Of a stretch of DNA of 64,000 bases, positions 12,693 through 25,079 are shown piece by piece (the first letter of the stretch is position 1; every line of letters begins with the position of its first letter). This DNA comes from Octopus bimaculoides (taxonomy: Eukaryota), in NCBI RefSeq assembly GCF_001194135.2, contig NC_068992.1, positions 7,520,092 through 7,584,091 on the forward strand, written 5' to 3'. Below the pieces are notes generated by a model. The model saw only the letters and a program-made list of their open reading frames with translations, had not been told where the DNA came from and searched no databases. A program made the position numbers and the translations under genes.

Positions 12693-13095
12693 AAGCACAG
12701 GCATGGCTGGGTAGTTGAAGTTTGCTTTCCAACCATATGGTCTTGCATTCAGTCCCACTGCTCAGTACCTCGGGCAAATGTCCTCTCCTATAGCCTTGGG
12801 TCAAGCAAAGCCTTGTGAGTGGATTTGGTAGTCAGAAACTGAAAGAAACCTGTTGTGTGTCTGTGTTTATCTAAATATGTGTGTGTGTGTGTGCTGTTTG
12901 TCTCCCAACACTGGACAACTGGTGTTGGTTTGTTTACATCTCCATAAATTATTGGTCCAGCATAAAAAATTAAATAGAAGAAACACAAGGCTTAAAAGAA
13001 AGTACTGCGGTTGATTTGTTCATCTAAACCCTTGAAAGCAATGCCCCAGCATGGTCGCAATCCACTGATTGAAACAAGCAAAAGATAAAAGATAG
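12693..13095 (+). mobile_element. SINE family A copy (full length, decayed); further copies at about 5385-5540(-), 10990-11385(+), 17885-18250(+), 20590-20770(+), 28850-29030(-), 41095-41240(+), 56570-56760(-)
   Basis: Colinear similarity to 6912-7316. Confidence 0.75.
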
Positions 13096-13159
13096 TTATT
13101 TTATACTAAAATTATTTGATCGTTTTTATGAAGTTCATTTTTTTGTGTGTGTTTTTCAG

Positions 13160-13297
13160 GGTGGCCTAGGTGATGAAGCTCCTGAAGGACTGTTAACTAG
13201 GCGACGACAGAGGAAAAGGAAAGATTCAAATGCTGAAAATACTTCTGAGTTACCAATGAGCAAAAAATTACATGTATTTTTTACCAATTTGCAGAAG
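13160..13297 (+). CDS. mTOR: mTOR exon w13: GGLGDEAPEG...PMSKKLHVFFTNLQK
   Basis: AG/GT; KKLHV...NLQK motif. Confidence 0.93.
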
Positions 13298-13370
13298 GTA
13301 ACAAAAAACCAAAACCATTGCCATACTTTTCGGTTTTGTAGGTTTAGTTGCAGAAAACTGAAGTAAAAAC

Positions 13371-13372
<2 letters not shown>

Positions 13373-13456
<84 letters not shown>
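13373..13456. repeat. (TG)42 microsatellite; other (CA/TG)n at 7118-7148, 27361-27409, 38338-38378, 49434-49456
   Basis: Direct reading. Confidence 0.95.
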
Positions 13457-13457
<1 letters not shown>

Positions 13458-14228
13458 TGAGATAACCAGTAATCACATAAAATTGCAGGTTTTACGTCGG
13501 AGAAGGATGCTGTCACAACAGCTAAGGGTCCTTCACTCCTGGTTGTTTATACTAATTTGCCCATAGCTGGGACTCTGACAGGTCCTACTACTCCAGGTCA
13601 GAGTAGACCTGGAAACTACAATAGCTAAGAGGTGGTTTCACCCTCCACAAATCCCTGGAACTCCTGAACCATGCTTCCATTACCAGATGCAGTTTAAAGT
13701 CATACCCAGGACAGATATGCATATGTATGTGAGTATGTATATTTCATTTAATTAGAAGAAATACTGAAAAGTGAAGGGGAATTTTTCCAAGATTTAGCAG
13801 TTCTGCATGGGGCATGATAAATTAAGATACGTCCATGGACTTATTTACAAAATCAAAGCGAACATGAATTCACAGAGAAAATAGGACAACTCTGTAAGGT
13901 ATGAATTGCATTGCACAAGAATTGCTCGACTAGTAGTCAGTGTCTGTTATTCTGATCAGGTTCCACAGTCTACAATTTGGTGGACATCATATTGCTAGGC
14001 TTGACTGACTGCTGAGTTCAAGAAATGTTTAAATCCTTGCATTCTATTAATTGGAGGAAGTCAATCAAAATGATTTGCTAATCATTAATTCACATGCACA
14101 TTTTCATTGTCTTTTTTCTTTTTTTGGTAATGTGTATGGTTTGAAACATTTGAATATTAAAATAAGTGGAAAATAATTCTAATGATGAAAATTGAGGTTA
14201 ATTACCATTGGCTATTTTCAAATTTCAG

Positions 14229-14371
14229 GTCCTCACGCCAGCTCGACGGGTTTCTAAAGAAGACTGGAATGAGTGGCTACGACAATTAAATATTGAGCTT
14301 TTAAAAGAGTCCCCAGTGCCATCGTTACGTTCATGTTGGGCTCTGGCTCAAGTACACAACCAACTAGCAAG
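14229..14371 (+). CDS. mTOR: mTOR exon w14: VLTPARRVSKEDWNEWLRQLNIELLKESPVPSLRSCWALAQVHNQLA(R)
   Basis: AG/GT; RRVSK.DW.EWLR and SLRSCWALAQ motifs. Confidence 0.96.
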
Positions 14372-15449
14372 GTGAGCTGTTCAGTGTTGATATATCTCCT
14401 TTATTAGTTGGTTCTAAGTTTGTCTCTTGTGTGATACTTATGACTCATTGGATTAAAATCAGAGAAACAGTCACAAGAGGCATGCTGGTTGACAAGAGCT
14501 AGCGAGGGAACTCATTTCTCCCAAAGAAAGGCCCACTCTGAAATACCAGAACTTGCCTCTCTTCACAGCAGGTGAACTCAGGCTGTTCTATAAATTTTGT
14601 TCCAAATTTACTTAACTGAAGAATCAATCAAGTTTAATTCTTGAACCTTTTTGATACCATTTCACCTGAGACCCTACAGCAAGACACCTGTTCCTGCCTG
14701 TCTGTTACACTAACTTTTCATCATCTGACACAAGATCACCTCCTCCAATGCCCTCTCAAAGATTCCTTGCAAAGTTACTTGGTGATCCTGCCAGTGCAGG
14801 TGCCACTTAAAAAGCACCCAGTCCACACTGTAAAGTGGTTGGCATTTGGAAGGGCATCCAGCTGTAACAGTCATGTCAAAACTGACCTCGCCTGTGCTGG
14901 TGTCACAAAAAGCACTCAATCCACTGTGCTGCAGTGTGGTTGGAGTTAGGGCATCCATGGCAACAGAAACATGGTAATGAAATGGTCAATTCTATAATGA
15001 TTTGCACACAATTGGTGTCTATTTATTTACCTTTGTTTTTCAATGTCAGAAACTGAATGCAAAGAAAGTTGTCTGTTAAGTCTCTTGTGATGTTGTAGCT
15101 GACCTAAAGCTAACACAGACAGTAAATTTTGTCTCATAAAACACAGAAAATTAACAATGATAAGACCAGTTTCAATTTCTATCACTGACCAAATAAAAGT
15201 GTAAATTGTTAATGTTTTTGTATAAGTATGGGTTTTTTATCTTTGTCATTATTTTAAAGCTATATTTCTAAGATACACTATGTTTGAATGTTTCAATTAT
15301 TTACTGTGAAAAAAAAAATACAATTAAAAAGTAAATTTTATTCATTAAAAAAAAAAAAGTAGTATGTGGTATTGTATGTTTCAAAGTCTTAATTCCAATC
15401 TAATTTCAATGTCTGTCTGTCTTGTTCTCCCTCTTTATTCGAATGGTAG

Positions 15450-15612
15450 AGATTTGTTAAACCCAGCCTTTGTATCCTGTTGGACTAACCTCAATGAAAG
15501 TCAGCAGGATGAGCTAGTGCAATGTCTGGAGAATGCACTAAATTCTCAGGAGATTCCAGAGGTCACACAAACACTTCTGAATTTAGCTGAATTTGTTGAA
15601 CACTGTGATAAG
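15450..15612 (+). CDS. mTOR: mTOR exon w15: [14 protein letters not shown]...[15 protein letters not shown]
   Basis: AG/GT; AFVSCW and TLLNLAEF motifs. Confidence 0.96.
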
Positions 15613-15849
15613 GTTCGTGAGGATTTTTCATCTTCAAGCTTTGCTCCATGAAATTTGGCATTTAAAATTATTTTACATTTTGAATATCAGTTATTTTTGT
15701 CATTCTTGGCACAATCTTAGTATCAGTTCCGTATTTCTGTAATTCTTATAATTGTCAGTTATGTTTTCCTCATTTCCTGTGAATTTATGGTCAGTGACTT
15801 CTTCAGGTCAGATATGGTACCTTTTCCACTAATCTTCTGCTTCCATCAG

Positions 15850-16035
15850 TCAAACTCTGTGTCACCCACCATCAGTCAGCCTTTACTTCATCTATCATCT
15901 GTCAACTTCTACCTCAAACCATCATCAATCAACTTCTACTTCATCCATCAACTCTACTTCATCTGTCATCAGTCTAACCCTACCTGAAGCCGTCATCAGT
16001 CTAACCCTACCTGAAGTCGTCATTACCCAACCTCT
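15850..16035. repeat. Minisatellite-like tract ending in two 27-bp units (gtcatcagtctaaccctacctgaag[c/t]c) at 15965-16018
   Basis: Direct reading; upstream degenerate catcaacttctac units. Confidence 0.7.
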
Positions 16036-16171
16036 GTACAAGTGTTTGTCAAGCCTTTGTTCAAATCATTTAATAAAATGTTAAACAGTTCTGACTACTA
16101 TTTTTATTTTGTTTTGTTATTATTTCTCATTTTATAAATTTTATTTTGTTTAACATTTATTTGTTGTTTAG

Positions 16172-16305
16172 GGTCCCCTACCGTTGGAGCTAAAGGTCTT
16201 GTCTCAACGAGCAATGCGGTGTCGTGCCTACGCAAAAGCATTGCACTACAAAGAGGATGAATTCCATCGAGCTCATACACGAGAGACACTTGAAGCCCTC
16301 ATCAG
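16172..16305 (+). CDS. mTOR: mTOR exon w16 (FAT start): GPLPLELKVLSQRAMRCRAYAKALHYKEDEF...EALI(S)
   Basis: AG/GT; CRAYAKALHYKE motif. Confidence 0.96.
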
Positions 16306-16611
16306 GTAACTTCATCATCCATTATTATTATTATTATTATATCACCACCATTGTCATTACTAATACAACTATTATTATTCTTACTATCACTATGATTAAC
16401 CACATCGCTATTATCTCCACTACCACAACTGTTGTTGTTCAGAATCACCAATATCATAACCATTTTTGCTTTCACTACTCTCACCACCTCAACAAATTTC
16501 ATCTCTCCTTATTTCTCATTTGTTTCATTATGTTCATTATGTCCACTGATGAAATTATGTAAAGCACCAACTGGGCTATTTTCCCATATGTTCCCTCTTC
16601 AATTATTCCAG

Positions 16612-16690
16612 CATCAACAACAAACTTCAACAGCACGAAGCAGCCGCTGGAGTTCTTGAATATGCTCGGAAGAACCGTCTTGCAGATTTG
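16612..16690 (+). CDS. mTOR: mTOR exon w17: INNKLQQHEAAAGVLEYARKNRLADL
   Basis: AG/GT; INNKLQQ.EAAAGVLEYA motif. Confidence 0.96.
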
Positions 16691-17731
16691 GTTAGTATTT
16701 TAGTTTTTCTTTGAGTTAGTTGACATTCATTTAACTTGTTTGGAGACAACAGACTTTATAAGAACTAAATATAACAATTCCTTCTTGTTTCTTGTTTGAT
16801 AAATTGCAGGAACTTTGGCTTTTTTTTTTTCTTTTACATCCTCAAGTTTCAGATTATTTTTTGTGTGATTTCAAATATATTGATGCTTCCAGGGCAGTTG
16901 TTTTTATTAGTGAAGACGATTATCTGACGTGCCTGGGGTCACAATGCAATTTATGTCAAAGCTTTTGGAATAGATGAGAAATCAATAACTTTTTTTCATT
17001 TTTATATTTACATTTGTTCACGGCCCACATGTATCGTATACATCATAACTTTTATATCATATACATCATAAATATTTCAATATATGCCCTCATTTTCATC
17101 AATGATAATGCTTATGAAGGCAAATATTAAACAAATCATGGCCCAAAAGACTATCTAAAAGCCACTCACCAGTTCTCAAATATATGTACATAAAATTTTC
17201 AAAAATGTTTAGAAAAGGTTTGAGACCCTTAAGACACCTCAGTCTCCTCTATTGCTGACCCTGGAATAGATGAGTAACTTAACACATTGACCGTACAGCC
17301 AAGTATTGTATTGAAGTATGATCATCCTCATTTAATATCCATTATCCATGCTTACCTAGGTTGGGCAGTTTGATGGGAATTGGCAAGTCAGAAGACTGTA
17401 CCAAGCTTTACTGTCTGCTTTGGCATGGTTTCAATGGCCGGATGATCTTCCTAATGCCAGCCACTTTACAGAGTGGCTTGGGTGCTTTTTACACCTGCAC
17501 CAACACTAGTGAGGCCACCAGCTAACCTCCAAGACATGACTCCTGAATTGAGAGGGGAGTAGTTATAAAGGAGGAAAGGGTAAAATGTGATTGAGGGACA
17601 GGAACGAGTGTCTTGCCGGTGAGGAAATATGTGTCTACCCCAGTTGGAAAAGAGAAAGATGTGATGTTGAGTCAATGAGAAATAATTTAGTTTTTTTTGT
17701 TTTTGTTTTATATCTTTGATTTTTGTTTCAG

Positions 17732-17868
17732 ATCGAGGAAACTTGGTATGAGAAGCTGCATGAATGGGAAAAGGCTTTGAAAGCCTATGAGAAGAAACAA
17801 GAAACTCATCCTGATGACAAGAATTGCATTCTTGGAAGAATGCGTTGTCTAGAAGCTTTAGCAGAATG
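17732..17868 (+). CDS. mTOR: mTOR exon w18: IEETWYEKLHEWEKALKAY...LGRMRCLEALAE(W)
   Basis: AG/GT; WYEKLHEWE and GRMRCLEAL motifs. Confidence 0.96.
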
Positions 17869-18565
17869 GTAGGTTAATACTGAAATTAGAACTAGCTGTG
17901 GTTGTGAGGTTAAGGAGTTTGATTCTTAACCACATGGATTTTAGGTTCAATTCCAGTACAAAGCAGCTTGGGTGCCTTTTACTGCACCCCCATCTTGACC
18001 AAGGGAATTTGGTAAAAGGAAATTGCAGGAAGCCATATATATATATAGAGAGACACACATACATGTATGTCTGTCTGTGCCTGCATTTATATGAATGTTA
18101 TTTCATGGTTGTCACCAGTTGAGCAAAGCAATGGTGATACAGCTATTCCTTGTCAACATTACGGCTACTTGCTTTGCACTTTCAGAGACCTGCAAAATAA
18201 ATAAGCTTGTACTCAGAAGCAGGTAAGGATTAGCAATCCTTATGTAAGTGTTCAGTAGATGGAAACTGTAAGTAGCCAGGTGTATCTATCTATCTGTCTG
18301 TACACAGTTACTTAATTTGAGTGGAATGTTCTTTTCATTTTCTTTTTAGGATAAGAAATGTATCTGAAAGGTATTTTCTATTTGCTTTTGTTATTTTGTT
18401 TGTTCCCTTTTACATATTAAAGGTAGATGGATTTGGTATCTCGGTTAACAAATCTTTCTCTATGTGGCAGGATTTGAACTCAGACATATGAAACAAACTG
18501 TTCTGATGCATTTACCCTGGCTCTACATGTTCTAATTTAATGTTTTCTTTGTTGTTTTTCTTTAG

Positions 18566-18666
18566 GGGTTCCCTGAACCAACTTGCTAGTGATACATGGT
18601 GTATAGCAAACGATGAGCTCCGAACTAAGATGGCTCAGTTAGCTACTGCAGCTGCCTGGGGTCTAG
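18566..18666 (+). CDS. mTOR: mTOR exon w19: GSLNQLASDTWCIANDELRTKMAQLATAAAWGL
   Basis: AG/GT; AAAWGL motif. Confidence 0.95.
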
Positions 18667-18884
18667 GTTTGTTAATCCTATTTTTTACCTTCCACAAGAA
18701 TAACAATTTCCACTAACTTTAACTTATGCTGGCTACTAAGGGATTTTCTATTCATCTAATAAAGTATTTTTATAAGTTACATGTACAACAATGCAATGGT
18801 GTATGACAGTGTGATAGTGTCTGACGGCAGTGTCTGGTAGTATAACCCTTTGGTTACATAATTAAATTTTATGGTTATCTCTGT

Positions 18885-19575
18885 CATCATCATCATCATC
18901 ATCATCATCGTTTGACGTCCGCTTTCCATGCTAGCATGGGTTGGATGATTTGACTGAGGACTGGTGAACCAGATGGCTACACCAGGCTCTAATCTGATCT
19001 GGCAGAGTTTCTACAGCTGGATGCCCTTCCTAACGCCAACCACTCCAAGTGTATAGTGGGTGCTTTTACGTGCCACCGGCACGAGGGCCAGTCCGTTGGT
19101 ACTGGCAACGGCCACGCTCGAAATGGTGTTTTTACGTGCCACCTGCACAGGAGCCAGTCCAACAGCGCTGGCAACGACCTCGCTCGAATGTTTTGTTCAC
19201 ATGCCTCCGGCACAAGTGCCAGTAAGGCAACGCTGGTAACGATCACGCTAAAATGGTGCTTTTTACGTGCCACCGGTACAGAAGCCAGACAGCTGCTCTG
19301 GCAGTGATCCTGCTCGGAGGGTGCTGTTGGCGCTCCACTGGCACGAGTACCAGTCATTAATTTGGTTCAGTTACGGTTTCATTTGCCCCAACAGGTCTTC
19401 GCAAGCAGGGATTTGTGTCCAAATAAGGAAAGGTATGCATAAGTAGGCTGGCTACACCCTGGTAATGGCCATGGGTTATGGCCTGACTTGTCTTGCCGGG
19501 TCTTCTCATGCACAGCATATTTCCAAAGTTCTTGGTCACTAGTCATTGCCTCAGTGAGGCCTAATGTTCGAAGGT
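18885..19575 (-). mobile_element. 5'-truncated RTE-clade LINE: ORF C-terminus LRTLGLTEAMTSDQELWKYAVHEKTRQDK + sub-repeated 3' UTR + (GAT)n tail
   Basis: Translation of the reverse strand 19575-19480; 3' end shared with many short copies. Confidence 0.75.
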
Positions 19576-19867
19576 GGAAAAAATAATTAAGAAGATCTTA
19601 AAAATTGGCATTTGTAAAATGTATCACTGGGGGTGTCTCCACTTCTTGCTGTATAAAGAAGCTTTTTTTTTTTTATTTATCAAAGCCAGGGGGTTAGGGG
19701 TGTAAAACAGCTTTCTGCAATTAGAAGTAATAAAGTTTTGAGTGGAAAATCTGCTTTCCACATTCAAAGGGTTAATGTTAGATGTGATGTGTAGGACAGT
19801 GTAGAGCAGCCAATGTGACAATGTATGGCAGTGTAATTATCTTTGTATCTTTTCCATTTGCTAAAAG

Positions 19868-19983
19868 GGGATTGGAATAGTATGGAAGACTACCTGACGT
19901 TCATCCCAAGGAACACTTATGAAAACTTCTTCTATAGAGCCGTCTTTTCTGTTCACAATGAAAACTATTCCCAAGCTTTTCAG
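19868..19983 (+). CDS. mTOR: mTOR exon w20: GDWNSMEDYLTFIPRNTYENFFYRAVFSVHNENYSQAFQ
   Basis: AAG acceptor, GT donor; W.SME.Y and FYRAV motifs. Confidence 0.93.
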
Positions 19984-20419
19984 GTAAACTTTGTTTTATT
20001 ATCATCTCTTATATAAAATTGGCCAAAATCAATCTGGAGTGGGATGATGAGGGGGTGGGGTTCTAGAAAAACTTTTCTAAATTTTTTTCATAGAAAGATG
20101 CCCCTCTCCATCATTTTGAAAGTTGTGGTTAAAAAGAAATGGGGGGAAAATCCCCGTCAAAACAGAGTGGTTGCAGCTTGTTTGATTTTCCTGATCTGAA
20201 ACCCTTATCCCCGCCACCTTCGAAAAAATTTCCCCCACAAATTTCTTTATAATCTATGCCTTTTGAAAAGTATTTGTGTAAAATTTCACTAAAACATATC
20301 CATTTTCCTGAAAGTTATGAGGGGGGAAAAAGTCAGATCATGTGAATTTTATTATTATTATCAATAATTTTATTATTATTATTATTATTATCAATATCTA
20401 TATTTCTATTTTCCATAAG

Positions 20420-20497
20420 TTTATTGACAAAGCCAGGGATATTTTAGACACAGAGTTAACAGCAATGGCAGGAGAAAGCTATGCAAGAGCATATGGG
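20420..20497 (+). CDS. mTOR: mTOR exon w21: FIDKARDILDTELTAMAGESYARAYG
   Basis: AAG acceptor, GT donor; ELTAMAGESY motif. Confidence 0.95.
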
Positions 20498-21528
20498 GTA
20501 AGTTTTTACAGTTTATTTTACACCAGAATATACTTTTGTGTGTTGTTTTACATTTACTTGTAAGGGTTTTTGTTGAAATCATTTTTACAGCTGTAGAAGT
20601 ACAGGTATGAATGTGTGGTTGTGAAGTTTCCTTCCCAGATATGTGGTTTGGAATTCATTCTTACTGCATGGTGCTTTAGGCAACTGTCTTCTACTGTAGA
20701 GCCGGACAACCAAAATTTTAGTATATTTTGTCCACAGAAACTGGAAGAAGCCTGTTGTGTGTATGGGTATGTAAATTAAGTAGGTGATGCTGTTATATAA
20801 TCTCCACTGTTTGGAACTGACATTTATTCCATTTATGACTTGTTCTAACTGTAAATTTTGGTCTGAAAATTTGACTTGTATGCCAGAAAACATGGTATAT
20901 GATACAATTTACTGATGCAACAAGCATGCAATAGCATCAGTTTTCTGTCTTGAACTGGGATGCAGTACTAGGACACCTCAGAAAAGATAACTTGCAGTCA
21001 ACTTGGTGTATTGCATGAAAGTCTTGGCTTTTGGCTCATCTTTTAGAATTATTTGAAGTTCTTTCTTGTTCTGTTATCTCAATTTGGCAATATATTTCAG
21101 TACATTTGAAACCAATTTTTAATACAACTGTCAGTCAGAGATGAAATATATTTTTTAAAAAAGACACTTTAGTGGGTTAAATAGAGATCTGGTCATTTAA
21201 TTATAATCCAACTTGATGAAATGGTCAAAATAGTTGGTTATGGAAATGGTCAAAACTACCTTGTAGATAGAGTTTAAAAAAAAATTTTTTTTTTAAAGTT
21301 TTCTTTTTCCCTAAATAATGTTTCCATTGATGAAAGCTTTAGCAGAGTGGTAAACTTCCAGAGAGCCAAATATGTGAATTGGTTTCATTTCCCAATGCAA
21401 ATCATTTCACTTGCATTGTAGTGCTCTTAAGAACGGCATAAATGTTGAGGCTTTCCAATGAATTTGCTTCTAAATTTGTTGACTTATGTGATTCCTATGT
21501 AGAAAAAATGAATGTTTGTCTGTTGTAG

Positions 21529-21636
21529 CCAATGGTAAATGCTCAGATGTTATCTGAACTGGAGGAAGTAATTCAGTACAAATTGATACCAGAGCGGCGA
21601 GATGTTATTAAACAGATGTGGTGGGACCGATTACAG
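21529..21636 (+). CDS. mTOR: mTOR exon w22: PMVNAQMLSELEEVIQYKLIPERRDVIKQMWWDRLQ
   Basis: AG/GT; MLSELEEVIQYKL motif. Confidence 0.96.
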
Positions 21637-22342
21637 GTAATTATGAAACATTACTGACTCTTTATTGTCAAATTGAAATGTTTTTCATTATATAAAGGTT
21701 AATTCAATGGTGACAAACTTTCTAAAAGTTGATGTTTAACACCCAACATGAATAATTTTCTTTTAATATTAGTACTGTCATTGATAAAGTACAAGCATCT
21801 CTCCTTTTACAATGAAATGTTTCTTCTCTACCTGGAGAAACCAATTTTCTAAAACCTAATGGTATATTTACGGTAGATGGTACATTATGGAATTCGGATT
21901 ACTCGGTCATAAATTCATTGTTTTGAATTAATCATGCATTCTCATAACTTTGAGGTTTCAATGAAGTGATTGTTTATTTTTAGAATGACATTGTAGGGTA
22001 TGTGTGAGAGGCCAGACCTGGCAACTTTGTATATACACACCAGGTAGAATATTTTGGCCAGATACGGCCAGTTTATATGTAAAAGTGTCAGAAATATGAT
22101 TTCTTTTTTTAAATTAGCCATTAACTCACTAAAAACTCATTAAAAACTGCATAATTTATGTCTACTAAATACATTATTATTTCTTTTAAAACGATGGTGT
22201 CTATTTACTTTTGAAATACCTGTGTATATTATGGGGCATTGCTGTAAAAAGACAAAAGGAGAGGAGGGGGAAAAAAAGTGAAAATTTCTAGATTTAGGGT
22301 TAATGTTTATCTATCAGTGTTCTATTTGTTATTACTATACAG

Positions 22343-22468
22343 GGTTGTCAAAGGGTTGTTGAAGACTGGCAGAAAATTATACAAGTTCGATCATTGGTAA
22401 TTAGTCCTCTGGAAGGAGTCAAAACATGGTTGAAATATGCCAGTCTTTGTCGGAAGAGTGGCCGGCTG
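22343..22468 (+). CDS. mTOR: mTOR exon w23: GCQRVVEDWQKIIQVRSLVISPLEGVKTWLKYASLCRKSGRL
   Basis: AG/GT; homology. Confidence 0.96.
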
Positions 22469-22573
22469 GTAAGTTAAAGTTTCTTGACTTATTAATTCGT
22501 TTGTGTGTGTGTATACACACATACACACGTTATTGTTGCTAATCTTTTTTTTTTTTTAAATTTTATTTTGCAG

Positions 22574-22705
22574 GCCCTGTCACAGAAGACCCTCGAGATG
22601 TTAATGGGTGTAGATCTCTCCAAACAAAGCAACAACAATTTACCTACAGATATGCCAATGGTTACATTTGCATACATCAAACATATGTGGCTCTGTAATC
22701 AAAAG
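22574..22705 (+). CDS. mTOR: mTOR exon w24: ALSQKTLEMLMGVD...YIKHMWLCNQK
   Basis: AG/GT; homology. Confidence 0.95.
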
Positions 22706-22958
22706 GTAAATTTATTACTAAAATTCCCATGAAACAGCTGAGAGTGTGTGTATGAGTCAATGGTCTTTAATTCAACTTCATATTCTTTGTGGTTAAGTTT
22801 TAGTTTTATCCCACAACTACTTTCACTGTTGTGTTAATTTGGGATTGGTATTTCTGCCTTTTTTTTTTTTTTTTCTTCCTAAACTCGTTAAAGAACTTTC
22901 ATAACATACTCATCAAAAATGCAATATAAATTCTCATCTGTTTTTATTAATTATACAG

Positions 22959-23074
22959 CAAGACAGTTTTGCAGCCTTGCAACAATTTATTCATCAAACC
23001 CAACGACAGAGTGAAGTCCTGCTGTCCACTGGAGATGCGGCTGCTGTCACTGAACTTCGTAAACTATTAGCCAG
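22959..23074 (+). CDS. mTOR: mTOR exon w25: QDSFAALQQFIHQTQRQ...ELRKLLA(R)
   Basis: AG/GT; phase fits both neighbours. Confidence 0.93.
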
Positions 23075-24103
23075 GTAAGATCATTTTTAATCGTTCTATG
23101 TTGCATGCCTGAAAATACAGCACATGATTTCACCAAGTTGAATTTTGCAGACCAAAATTTACAGCCAAAAAAAAAAAAAAAAAGATAGGTTAACTTATAC
23201 ATCAAGATGACTTTGGAGGACCAGAAATTCCATGTGAAATACAGCAGAAGTTTGAAAGATAGTGATGGTGTTTGAATGCTTAAACTGTATTCTATGTTGA
23301 CTTGTATGCTGGGAAATATTGTAAATCATTGCATGAAATCACATCCACAGGTTTAGGCTTGGATAGTGACATAAGAAAGTTGAATGTTTTGATCCAGCAG
23401 AGAATTGGGGCAGGTGTAAGGGGAACCAATTCCAGTATATTATTTACTGCTTTCTGAATTTGTCTCTAAAGATAGTAAAAGATTGGTATTTCTGTCACAT
23501 CAAAAAGTTAGAGCTGGGAATTTCCATTGCAAACCTTTTTTTTTTTCTTCTTAATTTACAAATAAATTTTATAAGAAAAATGAGGTGTTTTTAATTTATA
23601 TAAAATTCATGTAGTCACTACAGTAGATGAACAAGTAAAACATTAGTTCTATTATAACTGATTGATTTTATGTTAGACAATTGCATGTTAGTGGTGTCAG
23701 ACATAGCATGCTGACCATTATATAACTTGTTTTATTCTCTTCTGCACATTACATTTTTATTCTTCTCTGCCGTTATATGAATTCAGTGTGCACATGCGCA
23801 TTGTGTGTTCATACTTCGCTTTTTCAGTTCTTATTCAAAACTGTTTATGTATCACAACCATCTCACGAATGTGAGTTTGTGAGGAGCAATTCGTGCTTCA
23901 ATGAGTGTGAAAAAAGTATGTTAGGAAGACTATTGAAACAATACAAAACAAAAATATAGAGAACGGTAATCTGGCAATAAAAAGATTAAAACAACTTTTA
24001 CTGAATTTTTTGATAAAAAAATAAATGTTCGAATTTATCTTTGGAAATGGTAACAGTTTTATTTTGTAATTATTTTTTCAAATTATCTTCAAATTTGTTC
24101 CAG

Positions 24104-24221
24104 ATGCTACTTGAAACAAGGAGATTGGTTACTCGAATTAAATGGTATTGATGATAGCTCAATTGCAAAAGCTTTAGACAGCTTTAAAATGGCCCAGGAT
24201 AGAAACAAGAATTGGTATAAA
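24104..24221 (+). CDS. mTOR: mTOR exon w26: CYLKQGDWLLELNGIDDSS...NKNWYK
   Basis: AG/GT; C.LK.G.W and WYK motifs. Confidence 0.95.
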
Positions 24222-24914
24222 GTATGTAATTCAGAGATTGTTTTTTGTTTTTTTATAATTTAATGTAGGTCTTTTCTCTGGAAGGAAAGGATCAACATCC
24301 TAATTTAATAAGGTCTACATTGCTTTTGTAATTGAACAGCTGCTAAAAAGATAGTTTTTAATTAAACAGTAAATGGATAGAATTTTAATTTCATTAATGA
24401 CTAAATATGTGATCTGGTCACTTAAATTTTTAATTCCCTCCATGCCGCTTGTTATCACTGATTAATACAAAGTGTAAAAGTGTTGTTGAGAAGTTTGAAT
24501 CTGAATTTGAAGGATTGAAAGATGTGTAAAGGTATAGAAAATCCTTGTAGGGGTATGTCAACTACCCTGTCAGTACCTATCACAAGCGTGAAAGAAAACA
24601 GTATTACTGTCAGAAACCAGGATTGATCAACCACACCTTTTTGGTTTTATATCCTGTTCACTGCTCCTTTGTCTCCTTCCATGTGTTCTTCAGAAATGTA
24701 TTTCTTACATAATAAACCTCCCTACATTCTGTATAATGAAACTACCATTCTCATTCTCGGTCTTATCAATGACAGCCTCATAGATAACATAGTTAATAGG
24801 CTCTCTTCAGATTAAAATAATTTTTTGTAAAATGTTGAAGGTGAAAGAAAATAGTTAAAACTAATAACTATTGTTTGACGAATAGCTTGTCCTTTAATCT
24901 TTGTCTCTTCACAG

Positions 24915-25079
24915 GCTTGGCATGCTCTAGCTCTAACCTACTATGAAGCCGTTTTGTATTACAAAAAGAAAGAAATGTCTGCTGCAAACCTCTCTGCATC
25001 ATCAGCAAGTCAAACTGAAGGGGCTGTAGCCACTGGGAAAGAAGCTCCTCCAGACATTGGTATGAAGGCACAAAGCCAT
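24915..25079 (+). CDS. mTOR: mTOR exon w27: AWHALALTYYEAVLYYKKK...MKAQSH
   Basis: AG/GT; AWHA...EAVL motif followed by low-complexity linker. Confidence 0.92.

Noticed and set aside
13156-13566. HT/CV-repeat ORFs (also about 6921-7323, 38168-38529, 62799-63097)
   Set aside because: Translations of (CA/TG)n microsatellites or SINE interiors, with no splice or homology support
16302-16562. His/Tyr/Thr/Ile-rich ORFs
   Set aside because: Low-complexity (ATT/CAT/CAC) intronic sequence between exons w16 and w17
18989-19360. CRISPR-like or novel repeat array and ORFs (also 27967-28461)
   Set aside because: Irregular, degenerate sub-repeats in the RTE 3' UTR, with no constant repeat-spacer periodicity in a eukaryotic context
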